Shown here piece after piece: positions 19,241-29,022 of a DNA stretch of 39,769 bases; position 1 is the first letter of the stretch, and the number at the start of each line of letters is the position of its first letter. The translations under genes were made by a program, and so were the position numbers. This stretch comes from Verrucomicrobiota bacterium (GTDB lineage: Bacteria; Verrucomicrobiota; Verrucomicrobiia; Chthoniobacterales; JAFAMB01), in NCBI GenBank assembly GCA_019233825.1, contig JAFAMB010000026.1, positions 1-39,769 on the forward strand. Reading direction: 5' to 3'. A model generated the notes under the pieces. It was given only the letters and a program-made list of their open reading frames with translations. It made no database searches and was not told where the DNA came from.

Positions 19241-19780
19241 TTATTCTTTCTCTTCGGCCGGTTTGGTCTCGCTCACCGTTTCAGGCGGCTGCACCGGTTC
19301 CGTAACCTTCTGGGAAGCGCTCTCGCGCGAAGCGGGCGAGTCCAGCGTCTCCTTGACTGAATCACGATCCGCCTTCGGTTTCTGCGCAGTTGATCCTTCG
19401 CGACTGGCCAAACGCCGTTTAGCGCGTTTGATTGGTGCTTTCGGAGTTAGCTCGTCACTCAATACGATCCGGATATGGCTCGTCCGTTTGCGGAGTGGAC
19501 TCGCACTCCCCCTGGCGCGCGCACGGAACCGCTTGAACGTTGGCCCTTCACCGACCACAGCCTCCTTCACGAGCAAAGTGTCCACTTTGAGTTCTGCATT
19601 GTTTTCGGCGTTGGCGATCGCACTCTTCAATGTCTTCTTAACCAATAGGGCGGCTTTATTCGGGCTGAACGCCAACACGTCCAAGGCATCAGACGCTGAT
19701 CGGCCCTGAATCTCCCGCGTCACCTCGCGCGCCTTGAACGCCGAGATCCGTGCAAATCGATAGGTCGATGTTACCTGCAT
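19241..19780 (-). CDS. rplV: 50S ribosomal protein uL22 with C-terminal extension
   Basis: [28 protein letters not shown]. Confidence 0.97.
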   Translation of the reverse strand: MQVTSTYRFARISAFKAREVTREIQGRSASDALDVLAFSPNKAALLVKKTLKSAIANAENNAELKVDTLLVKEAVVGEGPTFKRFRARARGSASPLRKRTSHIRIVLSDELTPKAPIKRAKRRLASREGSTAQKPKADRDSVKETLDSPASRESASQKVTEPVQPPETVSETKPAEEKE

Positions 19781-19807
19781 GACTCTTCCGTCAAATTCAG
19801 ACGCTCC

Positions 19808-20086
19808 TTACTTGGCAACCTTAGCCGTGTGGGCACCATGTTTTTTGAAGCTTCGGGTCGGCGAAAACTCGCCAAGCTTGTGCCCTACCATATTCTCAGT
19901 CACAAACACCGAGTTAAATATCTTGCCGTTGTGCACCAGAAAAGTGTGACCGACGAAATCGGGCGTAATCATTGAGCGGCGCGACCAGGTTTTGATCGGC
20001 TTCTTTGGGCCGGCACCGCTCATCTTCTCAATCTTGTCGACCAGCTTGACGTCAACAAAGGGACCTTTTTTCAGCGATCTACCCAT
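19808..20086 (-). CDS. rpsS: 30S ribosomal protein uS19
   Basis: [30 protein letters not shown]. Confidence 0.98.
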   Translation of the reverse strand: MGRSLKKGPFVDVKLVDKIEKMSGAGPKKPIKTWSRRSMITPDFVGHTFLVHNGKIFNSVFVTENMVGHKLGEFSPTRSFKKHGAHTAKVAK

Positions 20087-20089
20087 ACA

Positions 20090-20941
20090 CTATTTCGTCT
20101 TTTTCCTGCTTTTCCGATGCTCCACTATAAATGAGTCGCTGGTCTTATGAGTGCGCCGAGTTTTGAACCCTTTGGCCAGCTGTCCCCACGGACTCACCGG
20201 GTGATGTCGCCCGCCACCGCCTTTGCTTTTGCCTTGGCCGCCACCCATCGGATGGTCGATTGGGTTCATTGCCATACCGCGGACGTGCGGACGCCGGCCC
20301 AGCCAACGACTTCGTCCTGCCTTGCCGCTGGAAACGTTCATATGGTCAACGTTCCCAACTTGCCCGATCGTCGCATACGCATTCTCATGGATTCGACGAA
20401 TCTCCCCGGAAGGCAGACGCACAAGCGCGTAACCGCCCTCGCGGTTGCTCAAAATCGCCTGTTGACCGGCGCTGCGGGCCACCTGACCGCCTCTGCCAGG
20501 AATAATCTCAATGTTGTGAATGGCTGTCCCTAGCGGGATTGCCTTTAGCGGCAGCGCATTTCCAAGTTCTGGTGCAACGTTATCCCCGGCCACAATCCTC
20601 GAGCCAACCGCCAGCCCATTCGGCGCCAGAATGTAGGCTTTTTCCCCTCTCGGATATTGGAGAAGAGCAATGCGCGCCGAACGGTTCGGGTCGTATTCAA
20701 TCGCTTCTACCGTGGCCTCGACATCTCGAAGCCTTCGCTTGAAATCGATGACGCGATACTTTCGTTTGTGGCCCCCGCCAATGTGCCGCGCAGTCAAGCG
20801 CCCTTTGTTGTTGCGTCCACCGCTTCGTTTGAGCGGCTCCAGCAGAGACTTCTCCGGCTTGTCTTTGGTGATCTCGTCGTATGCCGGCGTTTGCTTGAAA
20901 CGCTGTGTCGAAGTGAGCGGCCTGAATTTCTTTAGTGCCAT
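20090..20941 (-). CDS. rplB: 50S ribosomal protein uL2
   Basis: [39 protein letters not shown]. Confidence 0.98.
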   Translation of the reverse strand: MALKKFRPLTSTQRFKQTPAYDEITKDKPEKSLLEPLKRSGGRNNKGRLTARHIGGGHKRKYRVIDFKRRLRDVEATVEAIEYDPNRSARIALLQYPRGEKAYILAPNGLAVGSRIVAGDNVAPELGNALPLKAIPLGTAIHNIEIIPGRGGQVARSAGQQAILSNREGGYALVRLPSGEIRRIHENAYATIGQVGNVDHMNVSSGKAGRSRWLGRRPHVRGMAMNPIDHPMGGGQGKSKGGGGRHHPVSPWGQLAKGFKTRRTHKTSDSFIVEHRKSRKKTK

Positions 20942-20958
20942 TGCTTCCGGACTCCTCC

Positions 20959-21243
20959 CTAAACGAGATCGATTTTCTCCCCTTCAGCGAGCGTCACGAT
21001 CGCCTTCTTCCAGTGGGCTCGCCTGCCAAAATCAGCCCGGCGTTCACGTTTCTTCTTCCCAGCGTATTGGCAGGTGTTCACCCGAACCACTTTCTTGCCA
21101 AGAATTTCCTCGATTGCCCGCTTGATCTGCAGTTTGTTCGCTCGAGGATCGACACGGAAAACGTACTGATTATTCTTTTCGCCAAGCAGGCTGGCCTTCT
21201 CCGTCAGTCGAATGTTGTGAATCAAATTCGTCGGTTCGTTCAT
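20959..21243 (-). CDS. rplW: 50S ribosomal protein uL23
   Basis: [24 protein letters not shown]. Confidence 0.96.
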   Translation of the reverse strand: MNEPTNLIHNIRLTEKASLLGEKNNQYVFRVDPRANKLQIKRAIEEILGKKVVRVNTCQYAGKKKRERRADFGRRAHWKKAIVTLAEGEKIDLV

Positions 21244-21848
21244 GCCAATCTCTCCGCTAGTTCGACCAATGCTTCGCTGGTCACCACAATCTTCTGGAAG
21301 GCGAGCAGTTGTTCGGTATTCACCTCGGCAGCGGTATTCAAAAGCACAGGCCGGATATTACGAGCGGCCCGGTACGTGTTTTCATCAAAACGCGTTGAAA
21401 TGAAGAGCACCTTGTGTGCGGCGGTCTGCGACCTAAGAAAAGCCATAAACTCCTTGGTCTTCGGTGCCGTAACCTTGATCTCCTCGGTGACCAGAACGTC
21501 CCCCGCAACGATCCGCGAACTGAGCGCCTTCAGCAAAGCGAGTCGCTTAACATTCTTTGGGACCTTCTTCGAATAGTCCCGCGGTTTCGGGCCAAAGGCC
21601 ACACCGCCACCGGTCCATACAGGAGATGACGTATAGCCTGCACGCGCGCGGCCGGTACCTTTTTGCCGCCACGGCTTTTTGCCAGAATAAACGACCTCCG
21701 CCTTAGTCTTGGTGTTTGCCGAACCGCTCCTGCGATTTGCCCTCATTGCGACCACGACATCGTGGACCGCCTGCGTGCCGCGACCATTTTCGATTACGTC
21801 AATCTTTGCTTCCTTGGCAGCTGCAATCGTCAAAACTGTTGCACTCAT
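21240..21848 (-). CDS. rplD: 50S ribosomal protein uL4
   Basis: KKPWRQKGTGRARAG, GGGVAFGPKPRDY. Confidence 0.97.
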   Translation of the reverse strand: MSATVLTIAAAKEAKIDVIENGRGTQAVHDVVVAMRANRRSGSANTKTKAEVVYSGKKPWRQKGTGRARAGYTSSPVWTGGGVAFGPKPRDYSKKVPKNVKRLALLKALSSRIVAGDVLVTEEIKVTAPKTKEFMAFLRSQTAAHKVLFISTRFDENTYRAARNIRPVLLNTAAEVNTEQLLAFQKIVVTSEALVELAERLA

Positions 21849-22501
21849 TCGGTCTTGCCTCCGCCGGCCGCGCTTTTCTTCTTCGCCGGGCGCACCACGA
21901 CGTAGCTCCCGTTCGACCCCGGAACTGCGCCACAGACCAGGATAATGTTTTCCTCCGGGCGCACCTGAACGATCCGCAGGTTTTGAATCGTCACCCGGTC
22001 ATCGCCCATGTGACCCGGCATCCCCATATTTTTCCAAACTCTGCCCGGAGTGGAACGGTTTCCGATGGCGCCGTTCCGGCGATGCATCTTGGACCCGTGC
22101 GCGGCTGGCTGACCGGCAAATCCGTGCTTTCTCACGACACCTTGGAAGCCCTTGCCCTTCGAGCGGCCGATCACGTCGACAAATTCGCCCGCCTCAAACT
22201 GGTTAACACTTAAATTCAGGTCCCCGTCCAGCGGTGTACCGTCAGGCAGGCGGAATTCTCTCACAAATTTTTTGGGCTCAGCATTCGCTTTCTTGAAATG
22301 TCCGAGCAATGGCTTCGGAACACGCGATTCCTTCTGCGCATCAAAACCTACCTGAACTGCGTTGTAGCCATCCTGCTCCTGGGTCTTAATCTGGAGGATC
22401 GTATTGCCACCGGCATCGATGACCGTAACAGGCGTGGCCTTTCCGCTCGCGTCATAGACACGCGTCATTCCGATTTTTCGACCTAGTAGACCGATCTTCA
22501 T
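21845..22501 (-). CDS. rplC: 50S ribosomal protein uL3
   Basis: GRKIGMT, DGYNAVQ, SKGKGFQG, MPGHMG. Confidence 0.98.
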   Translation of the reverse strand: MKIGLLGRKIGMTRVYDASGKATPVTVIDAGGNTILQIKTQEQDGYNAVQVGFDAQKESRVPKPLLGHFKKANAEPKKFVREFRLPDGTPLDGDLNLSVNQFEAGEFVDVIGRSKGKGFQGVVRKHGFAGQPAAHGSKMHRRNGAIGNRSTPGRVWKNMGMPGHMGDDRVTIQNLRIVQVRPEENIILVCGAVPGSNGSYVVVRPAKKKSAAGGGKTE

Positions 22502-22519
22502 GCTCTATTGGGCCAACGG

Positions 22520-22831
22520 TTAAATCTTAATGGTGATATCTACCCCGGCGGGCAGATTGAGCTTCCGTAGCTCGTCTACCGTCTTAGCGGTCGGCTCGAT
22601 AATATCGAGCAACCGCTTGTGAGTGCGCATCTCGAACTGGTCCATCGACTTCTTGTCGACGTGAGGTGAACGGTTCACCGTGAATTTTTCGACCTTTGTC
22701 GGCAATGGAATCGGCCCGGCCACTTTGGCGCCCGTGCGCTTTGCCGTCTCGACGATCTCGACCGCAGATTGGTCCAGCATGCGGTAATCGAAACCTTTAA
22801 GGCGGATCCGGATGCGTTGACCATTCGTCAT
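22520..22831 (-). CDS. rpsJ: 30S ribosomal protein uS10
   Basis: [28 protein letters not shown]. Confidence 0.98.
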   Translation of the reverse strand: MTNGQRIRIRLKGFDYRMLDQSAVEIVETAKRTGAKVAGPIPLPTKVEKFTVNRSPHVDKKSMDQFEMRTHKRLLDIIEPTAKTVDELRKLNLPAGVDITIKI

Positions 22832-22834
22832 AAT

Positions 22835-25018
22835 TCAGACTCCTTTCTGATCCAATACCGCCGCGACGATCTGAGCTGGGACCGGCTCAAAATGAGACGG
22901 CTCCATCGAATAGGAGGCGCGTCCTTTTGAAAGGGACCGGATTGCCGTCGCATAACCAAACATCTCGGCGAGCGGCACTTCAGAATGAATGATGGTCGCG
23001 AAATTCTTTGCCTCAATGCTCACGATGCGGCCACGACGCCTGTTCAGATCACCCATTATGTCGCCCTGGTACTCATCCGGGGTAACACACTCCACCTTCA
23101 TGATCGGCTCGAGCAGGATTGAATTCCCCTTTTTAAAGGCATCCTTCATGGCGAAGATCGCAGCGAGCTTGAACGCCAACTCATTCGAATCAACATCGTG
23201 GTACGATCCATCGACGATCTCAACGTAGAAATCGATGACCTGGTACCCTCCGATCACCCCGTTCGTAAGCGATTCTTCTATCCCTTTCTTGACCGCAGGA
23301 ATGTACTCCTTGGGAATTACGCCGCCCACAATCTTGTTCTCGATCGTAACGCCTTTTCCTCGTCCCCGCGGTTCAACTTTCACCACGACGTGTCCATATT
23401 GACCACGGCCACCGGATTGCTTGATCAACTTGCCCTCGCCCGTAGCGTTTCTCGTAATCGTTTCGCGATAGGCAATTTGTGGCTTTCCCGCGTTCGCATC
23501 GACCTTAAACTCCCGCAGCATACGATCGCGGATGATTTCAAGATGCAGCTCACCCATTCCCGCGATAATGGTCTGTCCAGTGTCTTCGTGCGTGTACACG
23601 CGGAAAGTCGGATCTTCTTCGGACAACCTCTGCAGAGCGTTCGCCATTTTTTCCTGGTCGAGCTTTGTTTTCGGCTCAATCGCCATCGAAATAACCGGAT
23701 CCGGAAACGACGGAGGCTCCAGGAGGATCGGATTCGATTCATCACAAAGCGTGTCGCCGGTTGTGATGTTTTTTATCCCCACAATGGCAGCAATATCGCC
23801 CGAATAGCAGGTTTGAATGTCCTCCCGCTTGTCGGCCTGAATCTGGATCAGACGGCTGATACGTTCGCGCTTGCCGGTGCGGGGATTGTAGACCGTCTCA
23901 CCCTTCGAGAGGCTTCCAGAATATACCCGAAAAAAGACGAGTTTCCCCACAAACGGATCACTCCATAGCTTGAACGCCAAAGAACAGAAATCTCCGTTAT
24001 CATCGGTGGGAGCGCTTTTTTCCTTATGCGTATCCGGGTCAATCCCTTTGGCCGGCGGAATATCGAGCGGGCTTGGAAGATAGTCGACTACGGCATCAAC
24101 CAGATACTGAACACCTTTGTTCTTAAACGCAGAACCGCCGGCGACCGGGATAAACAGATTTGCAATGGTCAGCCGACGGATTGCAGCTTTCAGATCTTTT
24201 GGCGTTACCGGCTTTTCTTCGAGGAAGAGAGTTCCGACTTCGTCGTCAAGGTTGGCTACTTGTTCTACCAGGTCGTTGTAGGCCTGATCGATCATCTCTC
24301 TATGCTCTTCCGGCACGGGAGTGACCTCGTACGTCGATCCGAAGGCATCGCTGTCTGAATAAATGATCGCCTTTTTGTTGATAACATCGAGCTGTCCCTT
24401 CAGATGATCTTCCTTACCTAGCGGAATCAAAATCGGCCACGCATTCGCACCGAGCTTGGTACGAATTTCCCTCACAACGTTGTCGAAATTTGCGCCGACC
24501 TTGTCCATTTTGTTAACAAAACAGATCCGAGGAACATGATATTTGTTGGCCTGGCGCCAGACGGTTTCGGTCTGAGGTTGAACACCAGCCACGCTATCGA
24601 AGACCAGGATCGCCCCGTCCAGAACGCGCAATGACCGCTCGACCTCCGCCGTAAAGTCGACATGGCCGGGGGTGTCGATAATGTTGATCCGCTGCTTCTG
24701 GTTTTCAAAGAGCTTGAAAACCCCTTCTTCCCTTCGCTGATTCCAGAAACAGGTGGTCGCAGCCGATGTAATCGTTATGCCCCGCTCTTTCTCCTGCTCC
24801 ATCCAGTCGGTCACCGTGTTGCCGTCATCCACATCGCCGATCTTGTGAATCATCCCGGTGTAGAACAGGATACGTTCGGTCAGCGTCGTCTTGCCGGCAT
24901 CGATATGGGCGCTGATGCCGATATTTCGAGTACGTTCCAGGGGGTAGGCGCGGTTTGGAGAATTAGGGTTGGTCGTCATAATACTGGCCTTCTCTATCTC
25001 TAAAACAGATGTAGACAT
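22835..25018 (-). CDS. fusA: elongation factor G
   Basis: [38 protein letters not shown]; start may be the second Met (MTTNPNSP). Confidence 0.98.
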   Translation of the reverse strand: MSTSVLEIEKASIMTTNPNSPNRAYPLERTRNIGISAHIDAGKTTLTERILFYTGMIHKIGDVDDGNTVTDWMEQEKERGITITSAATTCFWNQRREEGVFKLFENQKQRINIIDTPGHVDFTAEVERSLRVLDGAILVFDSVAGVQPQTETVWRQANKYHVPRICFVNKMDKVGANFDNVVREIRTKLGANAWPILIPLGKEDHLKGQLDVINKKAIIYSDSDAFGSTYEVTPVPEEHREMIDQAYNDLVEQVANLDDEVGTLFLEEKPVTPKDLKAAIRRLTIANLFIPVAGGSAFKNKGVQYLVDAVVDYLPSPLDIPPAKGIDPDTHKEKSAPTDDNGDFCSLAFKLWSDPFVGKLVFFRVYSGSLSKGETVYNPRTGKRERISRLIQIQADKREDIQTCYSGDIAAIVGIKNITTGDTLCDESNPILLEPPSFPDPVISMAIEPKTKLDQEKMANALQRLSEEDPTFRVYTHEDTGQTIIAGMGELHLEIIRDRMLREFKVDANAGKPQIAYRETITRNATGEGKLIKQSGGRGQYGHVVVKVEPRGRGKGVTIENKIVGGVIPKEYIPAVKKGIEESLTNGVIGGYQVIDFYVEIVDGSYHDVDSNELAFKLAAIFAMKDAFKKGNSILLEPIMKVECVTPDEYQGDIMGDLNRRRGRIVSIEAKNFATIIHSEVPLAEMFGYATAIRSLSKGRASYSMEPSHFEPVPAQIVAAVLDQKGV

Positions 25019-25024
25019 ACCGGT

Positions 25025-25495
25025 TTACCACCTGAAGTGCGCAAAGGCTCGGTTGGCCTGCGCCATTTTATGCGTGTCATCACGCTTCTTGATCGCGTTC
25101 CCCTGACCCAGCGCGGCGTCTTTTATCTCCGTTGCCAGATTATCCACCATGGTCCCTCGGCGGTTCTTTGCAAAATTAACAATCCATCGCATGGCCAGTG
25201 AGACCTGTCGCTCCTGCGGCACTTCGACCGGGACTTGGTAAGTTGCGCCACCCACTCGCCGGGATTTCACTTCCAAACGTGGCTTGGCGTTTTCCAAGGC
25301 CTTGTGCAGCGTATCGAGTGGATCGACAGAATCCGAACCTTCCCGACTCCTTTCAATTGCCTCATAAACAATCCGCTCGGCAACAGATTTCTTGCCGCTC
25401 CGCATGACAGTACTGATCAGACGCGCCACCACCGGGCTGCCGTATCTGCTGTCTACTGATTCAATCTTATGAATGACTCTGCGACGACGTGACAT
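25025..25495 (-). CDS. rpsG: 30S ribosomal protein uS7
   Basis: [30 protein letters not shown]. Confidence 0.98.
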   Translation of the reverse strand: MSRRRRVIHKIESVDSRYGSPVVARLISTVMRSGKKSVAERIVYEAIERSREGSDSVDPLDTLHKALENAKPRLEVKSRRVGGATYQVPVEVPQERQVSLAMRWIVNFAKNRRGTMVDNLATEIKDAALGQGNAIKKRDDTHKMAQANRAFAHFRW

Positions 25496-25544
25496 AAGTT
25501 TCCTTCGCCACGGAAACGGGTCTCAGACCCATCTCCGCTGAATG

Positions 25545-25958
25545 TTACATCTTCTTCGCCTTGCCGGCTCCGGCCGCTTCCGTTCCCTCCTTCGGACGTT
25601 TCGCTCCATATTTCGACCGGCTGCGGCGACGACCATCTACGCCGAGGCTGTCCAGGGTTCCCCGGACGACGTGATAACGAACACCAGGCAAATCTTTGAC
25701 ACGACCGCCGCGAACCATCACGATCGAGTGCTCCTGCAGATTGTGACCTTCGCCAGGGATGTAGGCGATGACTTCGTAGCCGTTCGTCAAACGAACCTTG
25801 GCTACCTTCCGCAAAGCCGAGTTCGGCTTTTTCGGCGTACGCGTCATCACCTGCACGCAGACTCCCCGTCGCTGCGGACAGTCGGCGAGGGCTGGTGATT
25901 TTGATTTCACCGCCATCTTCCGGCGACCCTTTCTTACGAGCTGGTTAATCGTTGGCAT
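25545..25958 (-). CDS. rpsL: 30S ribosomal protein uS12
   Basis: [32 protein letters not shown]. Confidence 0.99.
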   Translation of the reverse strand: MPTINQLVRKGRRKMAVKSKSPALADCPQRRGVCVQVMTRTPKKPNSALRKVAKVRLTNGYEVIAYIPGEGHNLQEHSIVMVRGGRVKDLPGVRYHVVRGTLDSLGVDGRRRSRSKYGAKRPKEGTEAAGAGKAKKM

Positions 25959-25996
25959 TTAACAAAATCCGGTTTAGTCCCAATCGTTCGGAGATT

Positions 25997-26048
25997 AAAA
26001 AAGCCGCTCTGGCAGCATCACCCTCATTTCCGCCAGACGCGAGGGAGC
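25997..26048 (-). promoter_or_regulatory. candidate structured rpsL leader (pseudoknot/attenuator)
   Basis: interleaved helices CCCUCG/UGAGGG and UCUGGCG/UGCCAGA followed by U6. Confidence 0.5.
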
Positions 26049-26052
26049 GTGG

Positions 26053-26080
26053 ACTATATTAGTTTTCCTATTCCGCGCAA
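26053..26080 (-). promoter_or_regulatory. putative sigma70 promoter of the ribosomal superoperon
   Basis: TTGCGC-N16-TATAGT on the minus strand, just upstream of the structured leader. Confidence 0.5.
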
Positions 26081-26232
26081 GAGATTTTTCCTGAAAGCCA
26101 ATGCCAGAATCCCCTGGGAAATGGACGAAAAGATTAGCACAGATTTCGCGAGTTTCACTATATAAAATCAAAGCGAAGCGCCCTTACCCTGCAGAGGGGC
26201 GCGTCCCCACCGGGCGGGACGGTAGCACTGGC

Positions 26233-26261
26233 TGGCAAACGGGCTCGCTTCATGCTATTCT
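26233..26261 (+). promoter_or_regulatory. putative rnpB promoter
   Basis: TGGCAA-N17-TATTCT with extended -10 TG; ends 7 nt before the P1 5' strand. Confidence 0.45.
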
Positions 26262-26268
26262 ACAGGCC

Positions 26269-26783
26269 GTGGCGGGCGATCGCTGGCTTGACACCCGTTT
26301 TGCCAGAGGAAAGTCCGAACACCGGAAGGCGGCATGCCTCGTGAAATCGAGGGCGCTCGAGATGCAAATCCCGGGCGACGGAGAGTGTCACAGAAAATAC
26401 ACCGCCCAGCACTACCTTCGCGCCATTGAATGGACCGGGAGGGCACTCGAGTCAAAATGGCGCAAAGGTGGTGCTGGGTAAGGGTGAAAAGGCGGGGTAA
26501 GAGCCCACCGGACCTTCGCGTAAGCGTAGCCGCACGAAAAACCCCATGTGGTGCAAGACAAAGCAGAGGGAGGGTTGCCTGCCCCTTCTCCTGCGAGTGC
26601 GGGAGGAAACCCTCGGGTCATAGTCGCACCCAGCACCACCCAGCCCCATTTTCAGATCCGGCAGTAAGACCCGCCGAGGTCGGACCTGAAAGTGGGGCTG
26701 GGTGGTGCTGGGCACTTGGGAAACCGAGTGAGATAAATGATCGCCATCTCGCGAAAGCGAGAACAGAATTCGGCTTATGCCAC
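26269..26783 (+). ncRNA. rnpB: RNase P RNA, bacterial type A, with inserted helices
   Basis: conserved GAGGAAAGUCC, ACAGAAA, GGGUGAAA, GGUAAGAGC, AGAUAAAUGA, ACAGAAUUCGGCUUA; P1 GUGGC/GCCAC, P2 GGCGAUC/GAUCGCC, P18 CACUUGG-GAAA-CCGAGUG, P19 UCUCGC-GAAA-GCGAGA. Confidence 0.96.
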
Positions 26784-26822
26784 AAAAGCGAGGCCCGTCC
26801 GGACTTCCCGAAACGGGCCTCG
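26784..26822 (-). terminator. terminator hairpin between convergent rnpB and phhB
   Basis: perfect 10-bp stem CGAGGCCCGT/ACGGGCCTCG, followed by CTTTT on the minus strand. Confidence 0.7.
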
Positions 26823-26828
26823 ACCGCT

Positions 26829-27110
26829 TCAGGCTAGCTTATCAATCTTTGTGGCCAGCATGAAATCCAGATCGGTCAACCCCCCCGCGGAATGCGTGGA
26901 TAACACCAGTTTTACCTTGTTCCATCGGATGTCGATGTCCGGGTGATGGTTCATTCCCTCGGCTTCCTTCGCCAGTCTGTTTACGAATTCAATCGCGGGT
27001 TGGAACCCGTCGAATTCGAAGGTGCGTTCGATATTGTTGTCGCCGAGCTTCCATTTTGGGACTTCGTCTAACAGCACCTGAACTGTCTCTGGCTTTAACA
27101 ACTCCGCCAT
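26829..27110 (-). CDS. phhB: pterin-4-alpha-carbinolamine dehydratase
   Basis: start reassigned to MAELLKPE; AEGMNHHPDI, LSTHSAGGLTDLD. Confidence 0.93.
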   Translation of the reverse strand: MAELLKPETVQVLLDEVPKWKLGDNNIERTFEFDGFQPAIEFVNRLAKEAEGMNHHPDIDIRWNKVKLVLSTHSAGGLTDLDFMLATKIDKLA

Positions 27111-27300
27111 TGGCTTTCCTTTCTCGTTTTCATTCGATTCAGGCTCCCTCCTGAGATACCCTCTTAACAGCTTGGCATGATTGGAGGGGCGTTGCTTGCA
27201 ACCCCTTCTCATCGTACGGAATCGTTCGCGACTTGAATGGTTCTCCGGTTTGCGTATGTAACCAGTTCCCGCCTGTCCCTTAAACATAACCCCATAGGCA

Positions 27301-28275
27301 ATGCAAACGAACGGTAAACTATTTAACAATATAGTCGAGACGGTAGGTCGCACTCCTCTGGTCAAGCTGAATCGCATCACCAGAGACGTCGAAGCCACGA
27401 TCGCGATCAAGTGCGAATTCTTTAATCCACTCGGCAGTGTGAAGGACAGGATTGGCATGTCCATGATCGAAGCAGCTGAACAAGAGGGCATCATTAATCT
27501 CGATACCGTGATCGTCGAGCCCACCAGCGGAAACACCGGGATTGCCCTGGCGTTTGTCTGTGCCGCGAAGGGATACAAGCTGATTTTGACGATGCCTGAA
27601 ACGATGAGTCTGGAACGGCGCACGCTGCTGGCCATGCTGGGTGCCAAATTGATTCTCACACCGGGATCCGAAGGCATGAAAGGCGCTATTGCTCGAGCGG
27701 AGGAACTTCTGAAAACGACTCCGAACGCCTGGATGCCTCAGCAGTTCAACAATCCTGCCAACCCTGCGATCCATCAAAAAACGACCGCTGAAGAGATTTG
27801 GGCTGATACTGACGGGCAAGTCGACATTCTTGTTTCAGCCGTTGGAACGGGCGGAACGATCACCGGCGTCGCCGAAGTCATCAAAGAGCGGAAGCCGGCC
27901 TTCAAAGCAATCGCGGTTGAGCCGAAAGATTCGGCCGTGATTCTACAAACCTTGCGGGGCGAACCGTTGAAGCCTGGTCCGCACAAGATTCAGGGAACCG
28001 GAGCCGGCTTTGTTCCGAACAATCTGCATCTGAAAATTGTCGACGAGGTCATCACGGTTTCCAACGAAGATGCGTTGAACATGGCTCGACGTTTGGCCAA
28101 AGAAGAAGGCATCCTGGCAGGAATCAGTTCCGGAGCGAACGTTCATGCGGCGCTCCAAGTAGCCAACCGTCCGGAAAACAAAGGTAAACTCATCGTGACA
28201 GTCGCATGCTCGACCGGTGAACGCTACCTCAGCACCGCGCTCGCTGACGAAGCCAGAGCCGAGGTCGGCGGTTAG
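27301..28275 (+). CDS. cysK: cysteine synthase A
   Basis: [11 protein letters not shown] (PLP Lys), [35 protein letters not shown]. Confidence 0.97.
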   Translation: MQTNGKLFNNIVETVGRTPLVKLNRITRDVEATIAIKCEFFNPLGSVKDRIGMSMIEAAEQEGIINLDTVIVEPTSGNTGIALAFVCAAKGYKLILTMPETMSLERRTLLAMLGAKLILTPGSEGMKGAIARAEELLKTTPNAWMPQQFNNPANPAIHQKTTAEEIWADTDGQVDILVSAVGTGGTITGVAEVIKERKPAFKAIAVEPKDSAVILQTLRGEPLKPGPHKIQGTGAGFVPNNLHLKIVDEVITVSNEDALNMARRLAKEEGILAGISSGANVHAALQVANRPENKGKLIVTVACSTGERYLSTALADEARAEVGG

Positions 28276-28304
28276 TCATTCTTTTGTCCACTTACTTAGT
28301 CCAA

Positions 28305-29012
28305 ATGAGTAGTCAGCCCGCTACCCAGCCATCGCACCCGGTTTCCAGTTTCGATCCCGAGATTTTCTGGGCGCTTCATAAACAAAAAATCCTTATTGGC
28401 GCGATTGTCTTGACCGCAGCCCTGCTTGGCGGCGGTGCCTATTTCGGATTCCAGGCAATACAGACTCAGAAAGCCGAAGCAGCCTACGCCGCGGCTGATT
28501 CGGTCGAACGATGGCAGGCTGTGATTCGCCGGTTTCCCAACGCGATAGCGGCCGGTAACTCTTACCTGAGAATCGCGGCGAAGCTGAGGGACGAAGCCAA
28601 ATACCGGGAATCCGATAGCGCTTACGACTCATTTATCCACCGATATCCGAAACATCCTTTACTGATCGATGGTTACATGGGGCTGGCCGCGAACGCGGAA
28701 CTGGAGAAACTTCCGGCCAAAGCACTGGAGTATTACAAGGATGTGACAACTCAATTTGGCAATTCCTATCAGGCACCGATGGCACTATTCCATCAGGCTC
28801 GGCTGACCGAGGCAAAAGGTCAGTTTAAGGAAGCGCAGCAATTATTTGAAAGTGTCGTGCAGCGCTACCCGGACAGCATCGCGGCCGGCATCGCGGGACG
28901 CGAGGCCGGCAGATTAGCAGACAAGCTTTCCCAGCAAATCCCAAAGCCGAAAGCGGAAAAAACGGCCTCACCATCGCCAACGGCTTCGGCCGCGAAATTG
29001 CCTGAGCCATAG
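28305..29012 (+). CDS. membrane-anchored TPR protein (YfgM-like)
   Basis: FW..HK then one TM helix, then TPR-like repeats ending in FP/YP turns. Confidence 0.8.
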   Translation: MSSQPATQPSHPVSSFDPEIFWALHKQKILIGAIVLTAALLGGGAYFGFQAIQTQKAEAAYAAADSVERWQAVIRRFPNAIAAGNSYLRIAAKLRDEAKYRESDSAYDSFIHRYPKHPLLIDGYMGLAANAELEKLPAKALEYYKDVTTQFGNSYQAPMALFHQARLTEAKGQFKEAQQLFESVVQRYPDSIAAGIAGREAGRLADKLSQQIPKPKAEKTASPSPTASAAKLPEP

Positions 29013-29022
29013 ATCTTTTGGA

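Noticed and set aside
26101-26837. Several ORFs of 66-135 aa
   Set aside because: They overlap the RNase P RNA; GC-rich stems produce spurious open frames
27111-27677. Long N-terminal extension of phhB (282-aa ORF)
   Set aside because: Antisense shadow of cysK; the family domain starts at ATG 27110 after an AGGA-containing SD
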